Position numbers and translations under genes: made by a program
Source: Candidatus Kerfeldbacteria bacterium
Lineage (GTDB): Bacteria; Patescibacteriota; Patescibacteriia; SBBC01; CAIJZX01
Direction: 5' to 3'
NCBI GenBank assembly: GCA_016193315.1
Contig: JACPSJ010000001.1
Location: 471,478 to 535,477, forward strand
DNA length: 64,000 nucleotides
The notes under the pieces: generated by a model
Seen by the model: only the letters and a program-made list of their open reading frames with translations
Databases searched by the model: none
What the model was told of the DNA's origin: nothing
Shown: positions 16,535-24,989 of the stretch, in pieces
Layout: each line of letters opens with the position of its first letter
Position numbering within the stretch: position 1 is the stretch's first letter

Positions 16535-17620
16535 ATGAATTCAAGTGGCAAAAAAGTCATGGTTGGCCTCTCCGGCGGCGTTGATAGCGCCGTGGCAGCG
16601 CTTTTGTTGCAACGTCAAGGATACGAGGTTCATGCCGTGTTCATGAAAAATTGGTCAGCCGATGATTTTGGCGGGCCATGTCCATGGGCGGAAGATCAAA
16701 GGAGCGCTCAGGCGGTGGCCGATCACCTCCGCCTTCCACTCGAGACCTGGAACTTCGAGCGTCAATACCGTGATCGAGTCTTTCGGGTCATGCTCCGCGA
16801 CTACGCCAGTGGCCGAACGCCGAATCCTGACATTGTCTGCAATCGAGAAATCAAGTTCTCGTTGTTTCTCGATCGGGCAATCCGGCAAGCTAATTTTGTC
16901 GCCACTGGTCACTACGCCCAAACGCGAGACGGTCGCTTGTTCAAAGCGGTCGACCGCGATAAAGACCAGTCCTACTTTCTGGCGGCCGTTCCGGCTCAGG
17001 CGCTGCGGCACGTTATCTTCCCGCTGGCGCAGATGAAAAAGATGAAGGTCAGACAGCTAGCGAAAGAAGCTGGCCTGCCAAACTGGGATCGTCCAGACAG
17101 CACTGGTATTTGTTTTATCGGCGAAAAGAGAATGTTTGATTTCTTGAGCCGTCATCTGTCAGCCAGTCCCGGTCCAATTAAGCTCTGGGGTGGGGGAGTG
17201 GTCGGTCAACACCTCGGTTTACCTTTCTATACGATTGGGCAGCGGCATGGCTATGGTGTCCAGCTCGATCATCGGCTGTTAGCCCGGACCATCGGTCCTA
17301 GCCAGCCAGTCTTTGTGGCTGCCAAGGAGACGAAGACGAATACCTTGTTCGTTGTACCGGCTGAGTCGCCCGCTCTCGAGGCGAGGGAATTATTAATCGA
17401 TTTTCCACACTGGATCCATCAGCCCGCTTTACCGTGGCGTGGCATGGCCAAATTCCGCTACCGCCAGCCAGACACGCCGGTAACATTGCGGCCGGCCGGA
17501 GAAAAAATCCGTGTCGTCTGTCAAACGCCTCAGCGGGCGATTACTCCTGGACAGTACGCCGTTTTCTACGGCGGCGTGGAGTGTTTAGGCAGCGCGGTGA
17601 TTGACTCGACGGAACAATAA
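16535..17620 (+). CDS. mnmA: tRNA 2-thiouridylase MnmA
   Basis: SGGVDS, MKNW, TPNPD..CN..IKF, ATGHY, KDQSYFL, DSTGICFIG, TPGQ. Confidence 0.98.
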   Translation: MNSSGKKVMVGLSGGVDSAVAALLLQRQGYEVHAVFMKNWSADDFGGPCPWAEDQRSAQAVADHLRLPLETWNFERQYRDRVFRVMLRDYASGRTPNPDIVCNREIKFSLFLDRAIRQANFVATGHYAQTRDGRLFKAVDRDKDQSYFLAAVPAQALRHVIFPLAQMKKMKVRQLAKEAGLPNWDRPDSTGICFIGEKRMFDFLSRHLSASPGPIKLWGGGVVGQHLGLPFYTIGQRHGYGVQLDHRLLARTIGPSQPVFVAAKETKTNTLFVVPAESPALEARELLIDFPHWIHQPALPWRGMAKFRYRQPDTPVTLRPAGEKIRVVCQTPQRAITPGQYAVFYGGVECLGSAVIDSTEQ

Positions 17621-17628
17621 AGCTAAGT

Positions 17629-18198
17629 TTGGTGAGTCCCACATTACGTTTCGTGCCCTTTTCTTGGAGGTCGGATCATGCGCCATTCTCGCGATACTGT
17701 CTTTGTGCCCGCCTGGTGTTTAGCGGGGCTGCATCTAGTACAGCTTACGTCAACCCTGGCCCACTAACCTTTAACATTCGAGACTCGACCACTGTCACGG
17801 TCTCACGAGGCATAGATGCTCGGCGGCTCTTTTCCGAGGCTGGCTACGAGCCAGACGGAAACCAGAGCCTGGATCTCGATTGCTATCCACTGGCGCGGCG
17901 GACGTACCGTCGTCAGGTTCTCTTCATCGAGGTCGGGACTTTTCGTCAGAGCGAAGACGAGGTTCGCGCGTTCCTGGCGGTCCGGGGTTTTTGTCCAGCC
18001 ACGATAATCGAGGTCCTGCTGGTCGCCAAGGAGTGGGATAACAATCGGTTGCCCTATACCTGGGTTCTTGATCAGACGTTGGCGGAGGAACAGTTAGGAA
18101 CCACGGCTGGATTCTGCAAGTGTAGTGGGCGGCACATTGGGCGCCTTAGTCGACATGATGGGCCATATTCTTCAATCCTCGCCGCCGTCCGAGAGTAA
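17629..18198 (+). CDS. Hypothetical protein, 5' end possibly frameshifted
   Basis: C-terminal part looks protein-like (G.CPATIIEVL); the best RBS and ATG (GGAGG..ATG 17678) are in another frame. Confidence 0.45.
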   Translation: MVSPTLRFVPFSWRSDHAPFSRYCLCARLVFSGAASSTAYVNPGPLTFNIRDSTTVTVSRGIDARRLFSEAGYEPDGNQSLDLDCYPLARRTYRRQVLFIEVGTFRQSEDEVRAFLAVRGFCPATIIEVLLVAKEWDNNRLPYTWVLDQTLAEEQLGTTAGFCKCSGRHIGRLSRHDGPYSSILAAVRE

Positions 18199-18200
18199 AC

Positions 18201-18225
18201 ACCGCTTGGAAAGAGCGGTCTTTTC
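18201..18225 (+). terminator. Probable intrinsic terminator overlapping alaS promoter
   Basis: ACCGCT/AGCGGT stem followed by CTTTT. Confidence 0.5.
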
Positions 18226-18243
18226 TTGTACACTATCGGTAGC

Positions 18244-20070
18244 ATGACCGCCCAGAAAATTCGCGACGAGTTCACCAAGTTTTTCGTCAAACACAGCCAC
18301 ACTCCTTTGCCTTCTTCGTCGCTCGTCCCGGACAACGACCCGACTGTCTTATTGACGACGGCCGGCATGCAGCAATTCAAACCGTACTTCCTGGGAGAAA
18401 AAGACCCGGTCAAAGAGCTGAAAACAAAACGCGTCACTACGATTCAAAAATGTTTTCGCACCTCGGACATCGAGCAGGTTGGTGATCCTTCGCACCTGAC
18501 GTTTTTTGAAATGCTCGGTAATTTCAGTTTTGGCGACTACTGGAAAACCGAAGCCATCGATTTGGCCTGGGAATTCCTCACTCAGAAACTCCACTTACCC
18601 GCCAGCCGACTGTGGGCGACCGTTTTTTCCGGCCATGGCACGATCCCGCGGGACCGAGTGGCGGAGCGGGCGTGGGCCAAGCATTTGCCGAAGTCTCGGA
18701 TCGTAGCCCATGGTCGGTCTGATAACTTTTGGGGACCGCCGGGCACGACCGGCTCCTGCGGCCCGAGTTCGGAAATTCACTGGCAGCTGGTTGAACAGCC
18801 GCAGGGCAAGCCCGGCGGCGACAACCCGGAATTCGTGGAGCTGTGGAACCTGGTCTTTACCGAGTATTTCCAAGATGAGCGCGGCCGGCTGTCTGAATTG
18901 CCGAAACGCAATATCGACACCGGCTTAGGCTTGGAGCGGTTGGCCATGGTGGTCGAACAAAAAAATCATGTCTTCGAAACCGACATTTACCAACCGCTTA
19001 TCCGTCAACTCCGTCAGCTTGAATCGTTCGGCCGGACTAGCCAACTTGATCTCGACCGCCGTCGCGAGCGAATCGTAGCCGATCATCTCCGCGGGGCGGT
19101 GTTCCTGTTGGCCGATGGCGTCCGTTTCTCGAATAAAGACCAGGGCTATATCCTGCGCCGGATTGTTCGTCGGGCCGCCGACCAGTTTCTCCAACCCGAG
19201 TTCAGTCTTGACCCGCTGGTAACTATCCTGATCATCCACCACCAGCGCTATCCAGAGTTGAAACGTCAGGCTGCCTCGATACAGCAACAGCTGGCAGATG
19301 AACTTGAACTCTACCGCCGGGTGCTGAATCTCGACGTCGCGTCGCTAGTTAAGAAATTGCGAAAATCGAAGCCGCGGGCCCAAAGCGAAGTAGAAGTCCT
19401 GGCCGGTCCTTCGCATGCCAATTTGTCAGCCGACGAAGCCTTCACCCTGTACGCCACACACGGTTTGTCGCTCGATCGTTTACAACGGCTCGGCTACATC
19501 TTCGATCAGCCGATGGTGGAACGTAAAATCGCCGCCCACCAAGAAATCTCCCGGGCTGGGGCGACCAAGAAATTCGGCGGCCACGGGCTGGGCCATGGAC
19601 CGGAGACGAGCGGTTTGAGCCAAGACCAAATCTGGCAAGTAACGCGGCTCCATACGGCCACCCACCTCCTGCACGCCGCCCTACGGCAGGCGCTTGGCAC
19701 CCAAGTCCGGCAGAACGGCTCAGACATTACGCCCGAACGGCTGCGCTTCGATTTTACCTTTGATCGGAAACTGACTGATGAAGAAAAGCTACGGGTGGAA
19801 AACCTGGTCAACGAGAAAGTCAAGGCCGATCTGCCGGTGAAATGGGAAGTCATACCGTATCAGCAAGCGATCGACCAGGGGGCGCTGGCATTTTTCAAGG
19901 AGAAATATGGCGACCAGGTCAAAGTCTATACGATCAATGACTTTTCAAAGGAACTTTGCAACGGCCCGCACGTCGAACACACCAACCAGGTTGGTAAATT
20001 CAAGATCACCGCTGAACAGTCAATCGGGCGTGGCCTACGTCGGATCAAAGCCGAAGTTCAGTCTCCATGA
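18244..20070 (+). CDS. alaS: Alanine--tRNA ligase (short, no C-Ala domain)
   Basis: TTAGMQQFKP, HLTFFEMLGNFSFGDY, IDTGLGLERL, HTATHLL, ELCNGPH. Confidence 0.97.
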   Translation: MTAQKIRDEFTKFFVKHSHTPLPSSSLVPDNDPTVLLTTAGMQQFKPYFLGEKDPVKELKTKRVTTIQKCFRTSDIEQVGDPSHLTFFEMLGNFSFGDYWKTEAIDLAWEFLTQKLHLPASRLWATVFSGHGTIPRDRVAERAWAKHLPKSRIVAHGRSDNFWGPPGTTGSCGPSSEIHWQLVEQPQGKPGGDNPEFVELWNLVFTEYFQDERGRLSELPKRNIDTGLGLERLAMVVEQKNHVFETDIYQPLIRQLRQLESFGRTSQLDLDRRRERIVADHLRGAVFLLADGVRFSNKDQGYILRRIVRRAADQFLQPEFSLDPLVTILIIHHQRYPELKRQAASIQQQLADELELYRRVLNLDVASLVKKLRKSKPRAQSEVEVLAGPSHANLSADEAFTLYATHGLSLDRLQRLGYIFDQPMVERKIAAHQEISRAGATKKFGGHGLGHGPETSGLSQDQIWQVTRLHTATHLLHAALRQALGTQVRQNGSDITPERLRFDFTFDRKLTDEEKLRVENLVNEKVKADLPVKWEVIPYQQAIDQGALAFFKEKYGDQVKVYTINDFSKELCNGPHVEHTNQVGKFKITAEQSIGRGLRRIKAEVQSP

Positions 20071-20109
20071 TCATTCTCGCCGTGTATCCGTCGAGGGATA
20101 ATTCTAACC

Positions 20110-20538
20110 ATGGTCGCGAATCAAGATTTTGATCATCGCTTGACCATTGTCGCCCGGCCAGACCTACCATCGTGGCAGAGCATGAACGCGGTGGCTCATG
20201 TGGCGGCCTACCTGGGCCATCAGATGACCGATCGTTTTGATACGGGTGAATGGTTCGTCACCAAGGATGGCATTCGCCTGCCGCGCAACACTCAGTACGC
20301 GATTATTATTCTTCGGGCTGACCGGCAGCGGGTCAATGATTTTTTGGAGCCAGCGCAAGAACACGATCTTATCCACCTCGGACTCGTTCGGGACATGATC
20401 GACACGACCAATGATCAAGAAATTGAAATAATCCTCAGCCACAAGTCGGCGACGGATGTTGAATACCTAGCCGTCGGGGCGTTTGCGCCGAACGACCGGC
20501 TCAAAAAAATAACTTTTGGGCTCGCTTTATGGAAATAG
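20110..20538 (+). CDS. DUF2000-family protein
   Basis: IV.R.DL..WQ..NA.AH, I.IL, Y.AV...G..L..L pattern. Confidence 0.7.
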   Translation: MVANQDFDHRLTIVARPDLPSWQSMNAVAHVAAYLGHQMTDRFDTGEWFVTKDGIRLPRNTQYAIIILRADRQRVNDFLEPAQEHDLIHLGLVRDMIDTTNDQEIEIILSHKSATDVEYLAVGAFAPNDRLKKITFGLALWK

Positions 20539-20837
20539 CGAAACCACCGTCCCGAACGCTCTACCTGGCTCTGACGATGCTCCTCGGCGTCACCGTCAGT
20601 TATGGCCTCCACGCCCTGATCGAACTGTGGTACCTATCCTGGGCGCAAAATACGGGTCGCCTGATCACCTGGACCCGCCACCTCGGAATCGGACTGTGTG
20701 CCTTACCGCGGTGGCTCCAATACGGTTTACTCGCCGCTGGATTGGTCGGCGGGTTCCTGACTGGTCGAGTCTGGTGGCGCTGGGTGTATGGGGAAGGGCG
20801 GCGGTGGCCCAGGCGGAAAATGGTAGGCACCCCATGA
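20529..20837 (+). CDS. Small two-TM membrane protein
   Basis: Two hydrophobic helices, GR.WWR.VY; overlaps both neighbours. Confidence 0.7.
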   Translation: MEIAKPPSRTLYLALTMLLGVTVSYGLHALIELWYLSWAQNTGRLITWTRHLGIGLCALPRWLQYGLLAAGLVGGFLTGRVWWRWVYGEGRRWPRRKMVGTP

Positions 20838-21481
20838 TCCGACATCTCTGGTTTGATTTCAGCGAGACGATCGTGGTGCTCAGGCAGGAACGGCATGATC
20901 GCTTGCGCTATGAATCGTATGCGGCAGTAGTTCATCAGCCGGTCACCGATGCGCTGATGGCGGAATATAACCAACTATATAAAGTACATAAACAAAGTAA
21001 TGCGGCCGTTTTTCGATCGTTAGGATTGCCGGGGAGTTATTGGTCGGGCCGAGTCAACTCCGTAGCCCCGCTAGAACTGTATCAACTAGCCGACCCGAGT
21101 ATTCCTTCAGTTCTTGAAGATTTGAAAGAGTTGTTACCAATCTCCATCTTCTCGAATATCAAGCTCGAAAGCATCCTCCCGTCCTTTAGAATTAGTCCAT
21201 TATGGTTTACCAACATCCTGTCTGCCGGGATGGTCAAGGAGCCAAAACCGGCCCTTGACGGCTTCAAGAAAATGGTGGAGTTATCTCGCTGCCAACCAGC
21301 CGAAATCCTGTACATCGGTGATGACATTGAGAAGGATGTACGCCCGGCCAAGCAGGTTGGGATTCGAGCTGGATTGATGTGGCATCACTCTCCAGAGGCA
21401 GACTTTCAGTTTGAAAGGTTTTCTGATATGCTGTCGCTGGTGAAATCATTACCTGCCTCTCCGCGGGCGGCAAACCCATGA
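20834..21481 (+). CDS. HAD-superfamily hydrolase
   Basis: WFDFSETI (atypical motif I), IFSN, KP, YIGD..EKD; ATGA overlap at 20834. Confidence 0.85.
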   Translation: MIRHLWFDFSETIVVLRQERHDRLRYESYAAVVHQPVTDALMAEYNQLYKVHKQSNAAVFRSLGLPGSYWSGRVNSVAPLELYQLADPSIPSVLEDLKELLPISIFSNIKLESILPSFRISPLWFTNILSAGMVKEPKPALDGFKKMVELSRCQPAEILYIGDDIEKDVRPAKQVGIRAGLMWHHSPEADFQFERFSDMLSLVKSLPASPRAANP

Positions 21482-21873
21482 GCGCTATTTCGCTTTGGCT
21501 CGTCCTCCACCTGAGCGGTGCGGCACTAGTGGCCGCCCTCATCATCGCGGCGGTGATCGCCCTGCTCCACAGGCGTCGCCAGTGGTACCGACCAGTCGCA
21601 TTTGGCTTGGCGATTCTGGTTGGGTGGCAACTCACCACCGGCGCTTGGCTTTCCCTTCTCTCCACTCATTCACCTTCGCTCGGTGCTTACTGTCGTAATA
21701 TTGGGCTCTACCTGCTCGTCATCGCGGCCACTTTATTCTGCCTGTACCGACGCATGCAGGTGGAGCGGTTGAAACGATTCCCCCTGCCTTTGACTTTGGC
21801 CAGCGGGGGAATCGGGATACTGGTCGCGGTGTTGGCGGCCTTGTCAATATTCGGAAAACTGGCTAGACTATAA
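21478..21873 (+). CDS. Four-TM membrane protein
   Basis: Hydrophobic helices; ATGA overlap with upstream gene. Confidence 0.7.
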   Translation: MSAISLWLVLHLSGAALVAALIIAAVIALLHRRRQWYRPVAFGLAILVGWQLTTGAWLSLLSTHSPSLGAYCRNIGLYLLVIAATLFCLYRRMQVERLKRFPLPLTLASGGIGILVAVLAALSIFGKLARL

Positions 21874-21884
21874 CCACAACCCAT

Positions 21885-22043
21885 CTATCAAGAGCGCAGA
21901 TCAGAGCCCTGGCTCGATGCCGGCCGTCGTCAATCGGCGCCGGCGGTAATCTGCCGACAACCTACCCCGAACCGAAGCATCAGCCATCGGTTCGCCGGCA
22001 AGGTGCCAATTCCAGCCTCATTCGTTTGAGTGGGGGAAGATAG
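21885..22043 (+). ncRNA. SAM-I (S-box) riboswitch, variant with extra hairpin
   Basis: CTATCAAGAG...GAGC-CCTG-GCTC...ACAACC...GGTGCCAATTCCAG...GATAG; CTGG/CCAG pseudoknot; directly upstream of metK. Confidence 0.9.
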
Positions 22044-22080
22044 CAGCGATCGTTGCGCTTCCCCCAGCCGGGAAAGCGTT

Positions 22081-23151
22081 ATGCATCTGCCGCCGGTCTA
22101 CACGGTTGAGTCGGTCACCAGTGGTCATCCCGACAAGGTTTGCGACCAGATTTCGGACGCCATTCTCGACGCCTGCCTGGCGCAAGACCCGTATTCCCGG
22201 GTAGCCGTAGAAACGTTCGGCGCCCACGGCCAACTGATGATTGGCGGCGAGGTGACGACCACCGCGGACGTTGATTACGCCGCCATTGCCCGCCACGTGT
22301 ACCACCACATCGGCTACGGCGACGGGATCGACATCAACGTTCACGTTTCCTCCCAGTCGCCCGACATCGCCCGGGGTGTCGATGCCGGTGGCGCCGGCGA
22401 TCAAGGAATCATGTATGGCTTTGCGACCGATGAAACACCCGAAGGACTGCCCGCCGGCGTCGTTCTTGTCCATCGCCTGACCAAGGGCTTAGAGAATCTG
22501 CGCCGACATGACCAGCGCTTTTCCTTCCTTGGCCCTGACGGCAAGGCCCAAGTGAGTATTGAGCGTCGGGGCGTGAGCGCGGTGGTCGTCAGCGCGCAGC
22601 ATAACCAAGGGGTGACGCTGGAGGAACTCCGACGAGCATTATCTGATCATTTGGTCGAACCAGTGATCGATAGTCTTGACGGTGTGGGGGCCCATATCAA
22701 TCCGGCCGGGGCCTGGCACCGGGGGGGATTCGCCGCCGACACCGGACTGACTGGGCGGAAAATCATGGTCGATACCTACGGCGGAATTATCCCGCACGGC
22801 GGTGGGGCGTTTTCCGGCAAAGACGCCACCAAGGTTGATCGCTCCGGGGCCTACATGGCCCGTTTCGTGGCCAAGCAGATAGTGGCCAAAGGGTTGGCCA
22901 GACAATGTTTGGTGTCAGTGGCCTATGCCATCGGAAAAGCGGAGCCGGTAATGGTCGCAGCCACAGACGAAAATGGTCGAGACATTTCAGCCCACGCTCG
23001 GCAATTCGATTTTCGGCCCCAGGCTATTATTGAACGGCTCGGACTACGCCAGCCGATCTTCCAGCAGACTGCTGCGTACGGCCATTTTGTCGTATTAGTG
23101 TGCAGCCGTTGGTTCCACAACTACAGAAGCTGCCGCGCCGAACGGTCCTGA
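22081..23151 (+). CDS. metK: S-adenosylmethionine synthetase
   Basis: ESVTSGHPDKVCDQISD, GAGDQG, PDGKAQV, GGGAFSGKD.TKVDRS, YGHF. Confidence 0.97.
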   Translation: MHLPPVYTVESVTSGHPDKVCDQISDAILDACLAQDPYSRVAVETFGAHGQLMIGGEVTTTADVDYAAIARHVYHHIGYGDGIDINVHVSSQSPDIARGVDAGGAGDQGIMYGFATDETPEGLPAGVVLVHRLTKGLENLRRHDQRFSFLGPDGKAQVSIERRGVSAVVVSAQHNQGVTLEELRRALSDHLVEPVIDSLDGVGAHINPAGAWHRGGFAADTGLTGRKIMVDTYGGIIPHGGGAFSGKDATKVDRSGAYMARFVAKQIVAKGLARQCLVSVAYAIGKAEPVMVAATDENGRDISAHARQFDFRPQAIIERLGLRQPIFQQTAAYGHFVVLVCSRWFHNYRSCRAERS

Positions 23152-23606
23152 CCATCACCGCCCTCGGCTCGCCACGGTTAGTCCTGGCACGGGTTCTACC
23201 GTCACTCTTCGGGACGGCCTACGGTACCAAGTTCAAGGTCTTCAAACCCCGGCCGAAAGTCATGATGATTGGTCGCCTGGTCTGCGCTTACCCTGACGGA
23301 CTGAGTAAACCGATGTCCAAGTGGACTATCGTTAGCGATCTTGAAGTATCACATTTTGTCACCGCTAAGGACTTGATTCAAAAGAACCCGCAATTGCCAG
23401 TCCGGGTAACCAAACGACCGGCTAGCACGTACGCCGTCATCCGGCACATTGGTCCATACGCCAAGGAAGGTCCGACGATCAAACGGCTTCATGAATACAT
23501 GAAAGCAAACCACCTGAAGATCATCGGGCCGCACGAAGAAGTCTACCTGACCCGGCCCGGCCCGAAAGCGAAGACGATTATACGCTACGCCGTCCAGAAG
23601 CGATGA
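23100..23606 (+). CDS. GyrI-like small-molecule-binding domain protein
   Basis: HIGPY..E..TI..L, GPHEEVYL..PG...TIIRY. Confidence 0.85.
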   Translation: MQPLVPQLQKLPRRTVLTITALGSPRLVLARVLPSLFGTAYGTKFKVFKPRPKVMMIGRLVCAYPDGLSKPMSKWTIVSDLEVSHFVTAKDLIQKNPQLPVRVTKRPASTYAVIRHIGPYAKEGPTIKRLHEYMKANHLKIIGPHEEVYLTRPGPKAKTIIRYAVQKR

Positions 23607-24031
23607 ACCAAACACGGTCGCTAGCCACCGTCGCCATCTACTTCGCTAGCCTCGGCATTTTGCTGTCCGGGTATCTATCATATCAAACGCTGTTCGCGCC
23701 CATCGGCTGCTCACAAGCGCTGATCACCTGTGGCGGCACGCCGGTGGAGTTCTTCGGGATACCGCAATGCGTCCTAGGTTTTATCATGTTCTTGGCCGCG
23801 GCCATTGTCTCAATCTTAATCTTGGAATCGATGCGACCGGCGCCATGGTTGTCCATCCAGCTCTGGTTGAGCCTGGCCGGGACACTGTTTGCCGCCGGTC
23901 TGTCGGTTTATGAACTGTGGCTCCGTCAACCGGCGCCGACCACTATGCCGTCATGCGTCTATGGGTTCTTTCTGTATCTTGGTGTTCTGATCGCCACGAT
24001 CCTGGCTCGACGTCAGGAGGTGAGAGCATAA
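23603..24031 (+). CDS. VKOR-like membrane protein (atypical cysteines)
   Basis: G..LS.YL, C-x6-C loop, FGIP.C.LG, four TM helices. Confidence 0.65.
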   Translation: MNQTRSLATVAIYFASLGILLSGYLSYQTLFAPIGCSQALITCGGTPVEFFGIPQCVLGFIMFLAAAIVSILILESMRPAPWLSIQLWLSLAGTLFAAGLSVYELWLRQPAPTTMPSCVYGFFLYLGVLIATILARRQEVRA

Positions 24032-24396
24032 AATCTCTAGGGAAAACCATCGGCTATGGTCTGCTGTTGATCCCGATTTGGTTTTTGACGCTGTTCGTAC
24101 GGTCGATCATCTACGCCAGCGAACAGCCAATTGACTTTATCAGTGCCAATATTATTGCGGCGGTGGTAATGGCGGGTGCAACCTGGTGGCTGGGGCGGAA
24201 GATGAGGCTGGCCACGAAGACTGACACTGGTCTGGTCGGTATGGTATGGGTGGTAACCGTGGTCGTGGTCCTGGTCGTGGTGGCCTTTGGGAATCGAACG
24301 CCAGGGATCGTCTTTAGCAATTGGTCAGTGTACCTGACCTACGTTGGCATCTTAGTTGGCACCTTCTTAGCCCGACGAAAGGAGGTGAAAGCATGA
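24028..24396 (+). CDS. Four-TM membrane protein, paralog of next gene, apparent ATA start
   Basis: GGAGG then ATA-KSLGKTIGYGLLL aligns with ATG-KYPGKIISYGLLL of next gene. Confidence 0.65.
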   Translation: MKSLGKTIGYGLLLIPIWFLTLFVRSIIYASEQPIDFISANIIAAVVMAGATWWLGRKMRLATKTDTGLVGMVWVVTVVVVLVVVAFGNRTPGIVFSNWSVYLTYVGILVGTFLARRKEVKA

Positions 24397-24809
24397 AATA
24401 TCCAGGAAAAATTATCAGTTACGGACTGCTACTATTTCTTGTCTGGCTGCTGTCGTCATACGTTTCTGCCTTGGCGACCGGGACGCAGGGGCAGGGTCCG
24501 CCTGAGGTTGACTTCAACTCCCGGCCGTTAGTGATCTCCGGCGTTAGCATCGCCCTGCTCATGGCTGGCGCAGCTTATTGGTTCAGCCGTAATCTCCATC
24601 TGCCCACGAAACGCGATGCGCTCATCACGAGCGTGTGGTGGATTGTGATCGTGGTGGCGTTGCAGATCTTGGTGATGTGGCCGTATCAAACAACGCCGGC
24701 ACTCTTCAGTGCCTGGGCGATGTACTTTCCCTATCTGGGCATTGTCTCCGCGGCGACGCTTGGTGTTCAAAAGACGAACCCTGTTTCCACGCAAAATCCG
24801 TATCCCTGA
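24393..24809 (+). CDS. Four-TM membrane protein, tandem paralog
   Basis: GGAGG RBS, ATGA overlap; shares MAGA.W, L.TK.D, FS.W..Y..Y.GI with upstream ORF. Confidence 0.75.
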   Translation: MKYPGKIISYGLLLFLVWLLSSYVSALATGTQGQGPPEVDFNSRPLVISGVSIALLMAGAAYWFSRNLHLPTKRDALITSVWWIVIVVALQILVMWPYQTTPALFSAWAMYFPYLGIVSAATLGVQKTNPVSTQNPYP

Positions 24810-24905
24810 ACTAGGGCTCCTCAGCCAGACTAGGAGAAGTCGATGTTTATGGGCCGGCGGCGCTGAACCCCAAGGTTTGCGAAGTATCAGCAACTTGACA
24901 GCATC

Positions 24906-24934
24906 TTGCGCTTGTGCTGCGGTTTTTTTATAAT
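24906..24934 (+). promoter_or_regulatory. sigma70-type promoter
   Basis: TTGCGC-17 bp-TATAAT. Confidence 0.65.
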
Positions 24935-24989
24935 CCAATTTAACCACTCGAATTTACGAATTTTTAGCTTATTCCTTAACCCTCGCCAT

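Noticed and set aside
20834-20875. HAD motif I variant DFSET as a novel enzyme
   Set aside because: The nucleophile Asp and motifs II-IV are intact; substitutions at the second Asp are known in HAD subfamilies.
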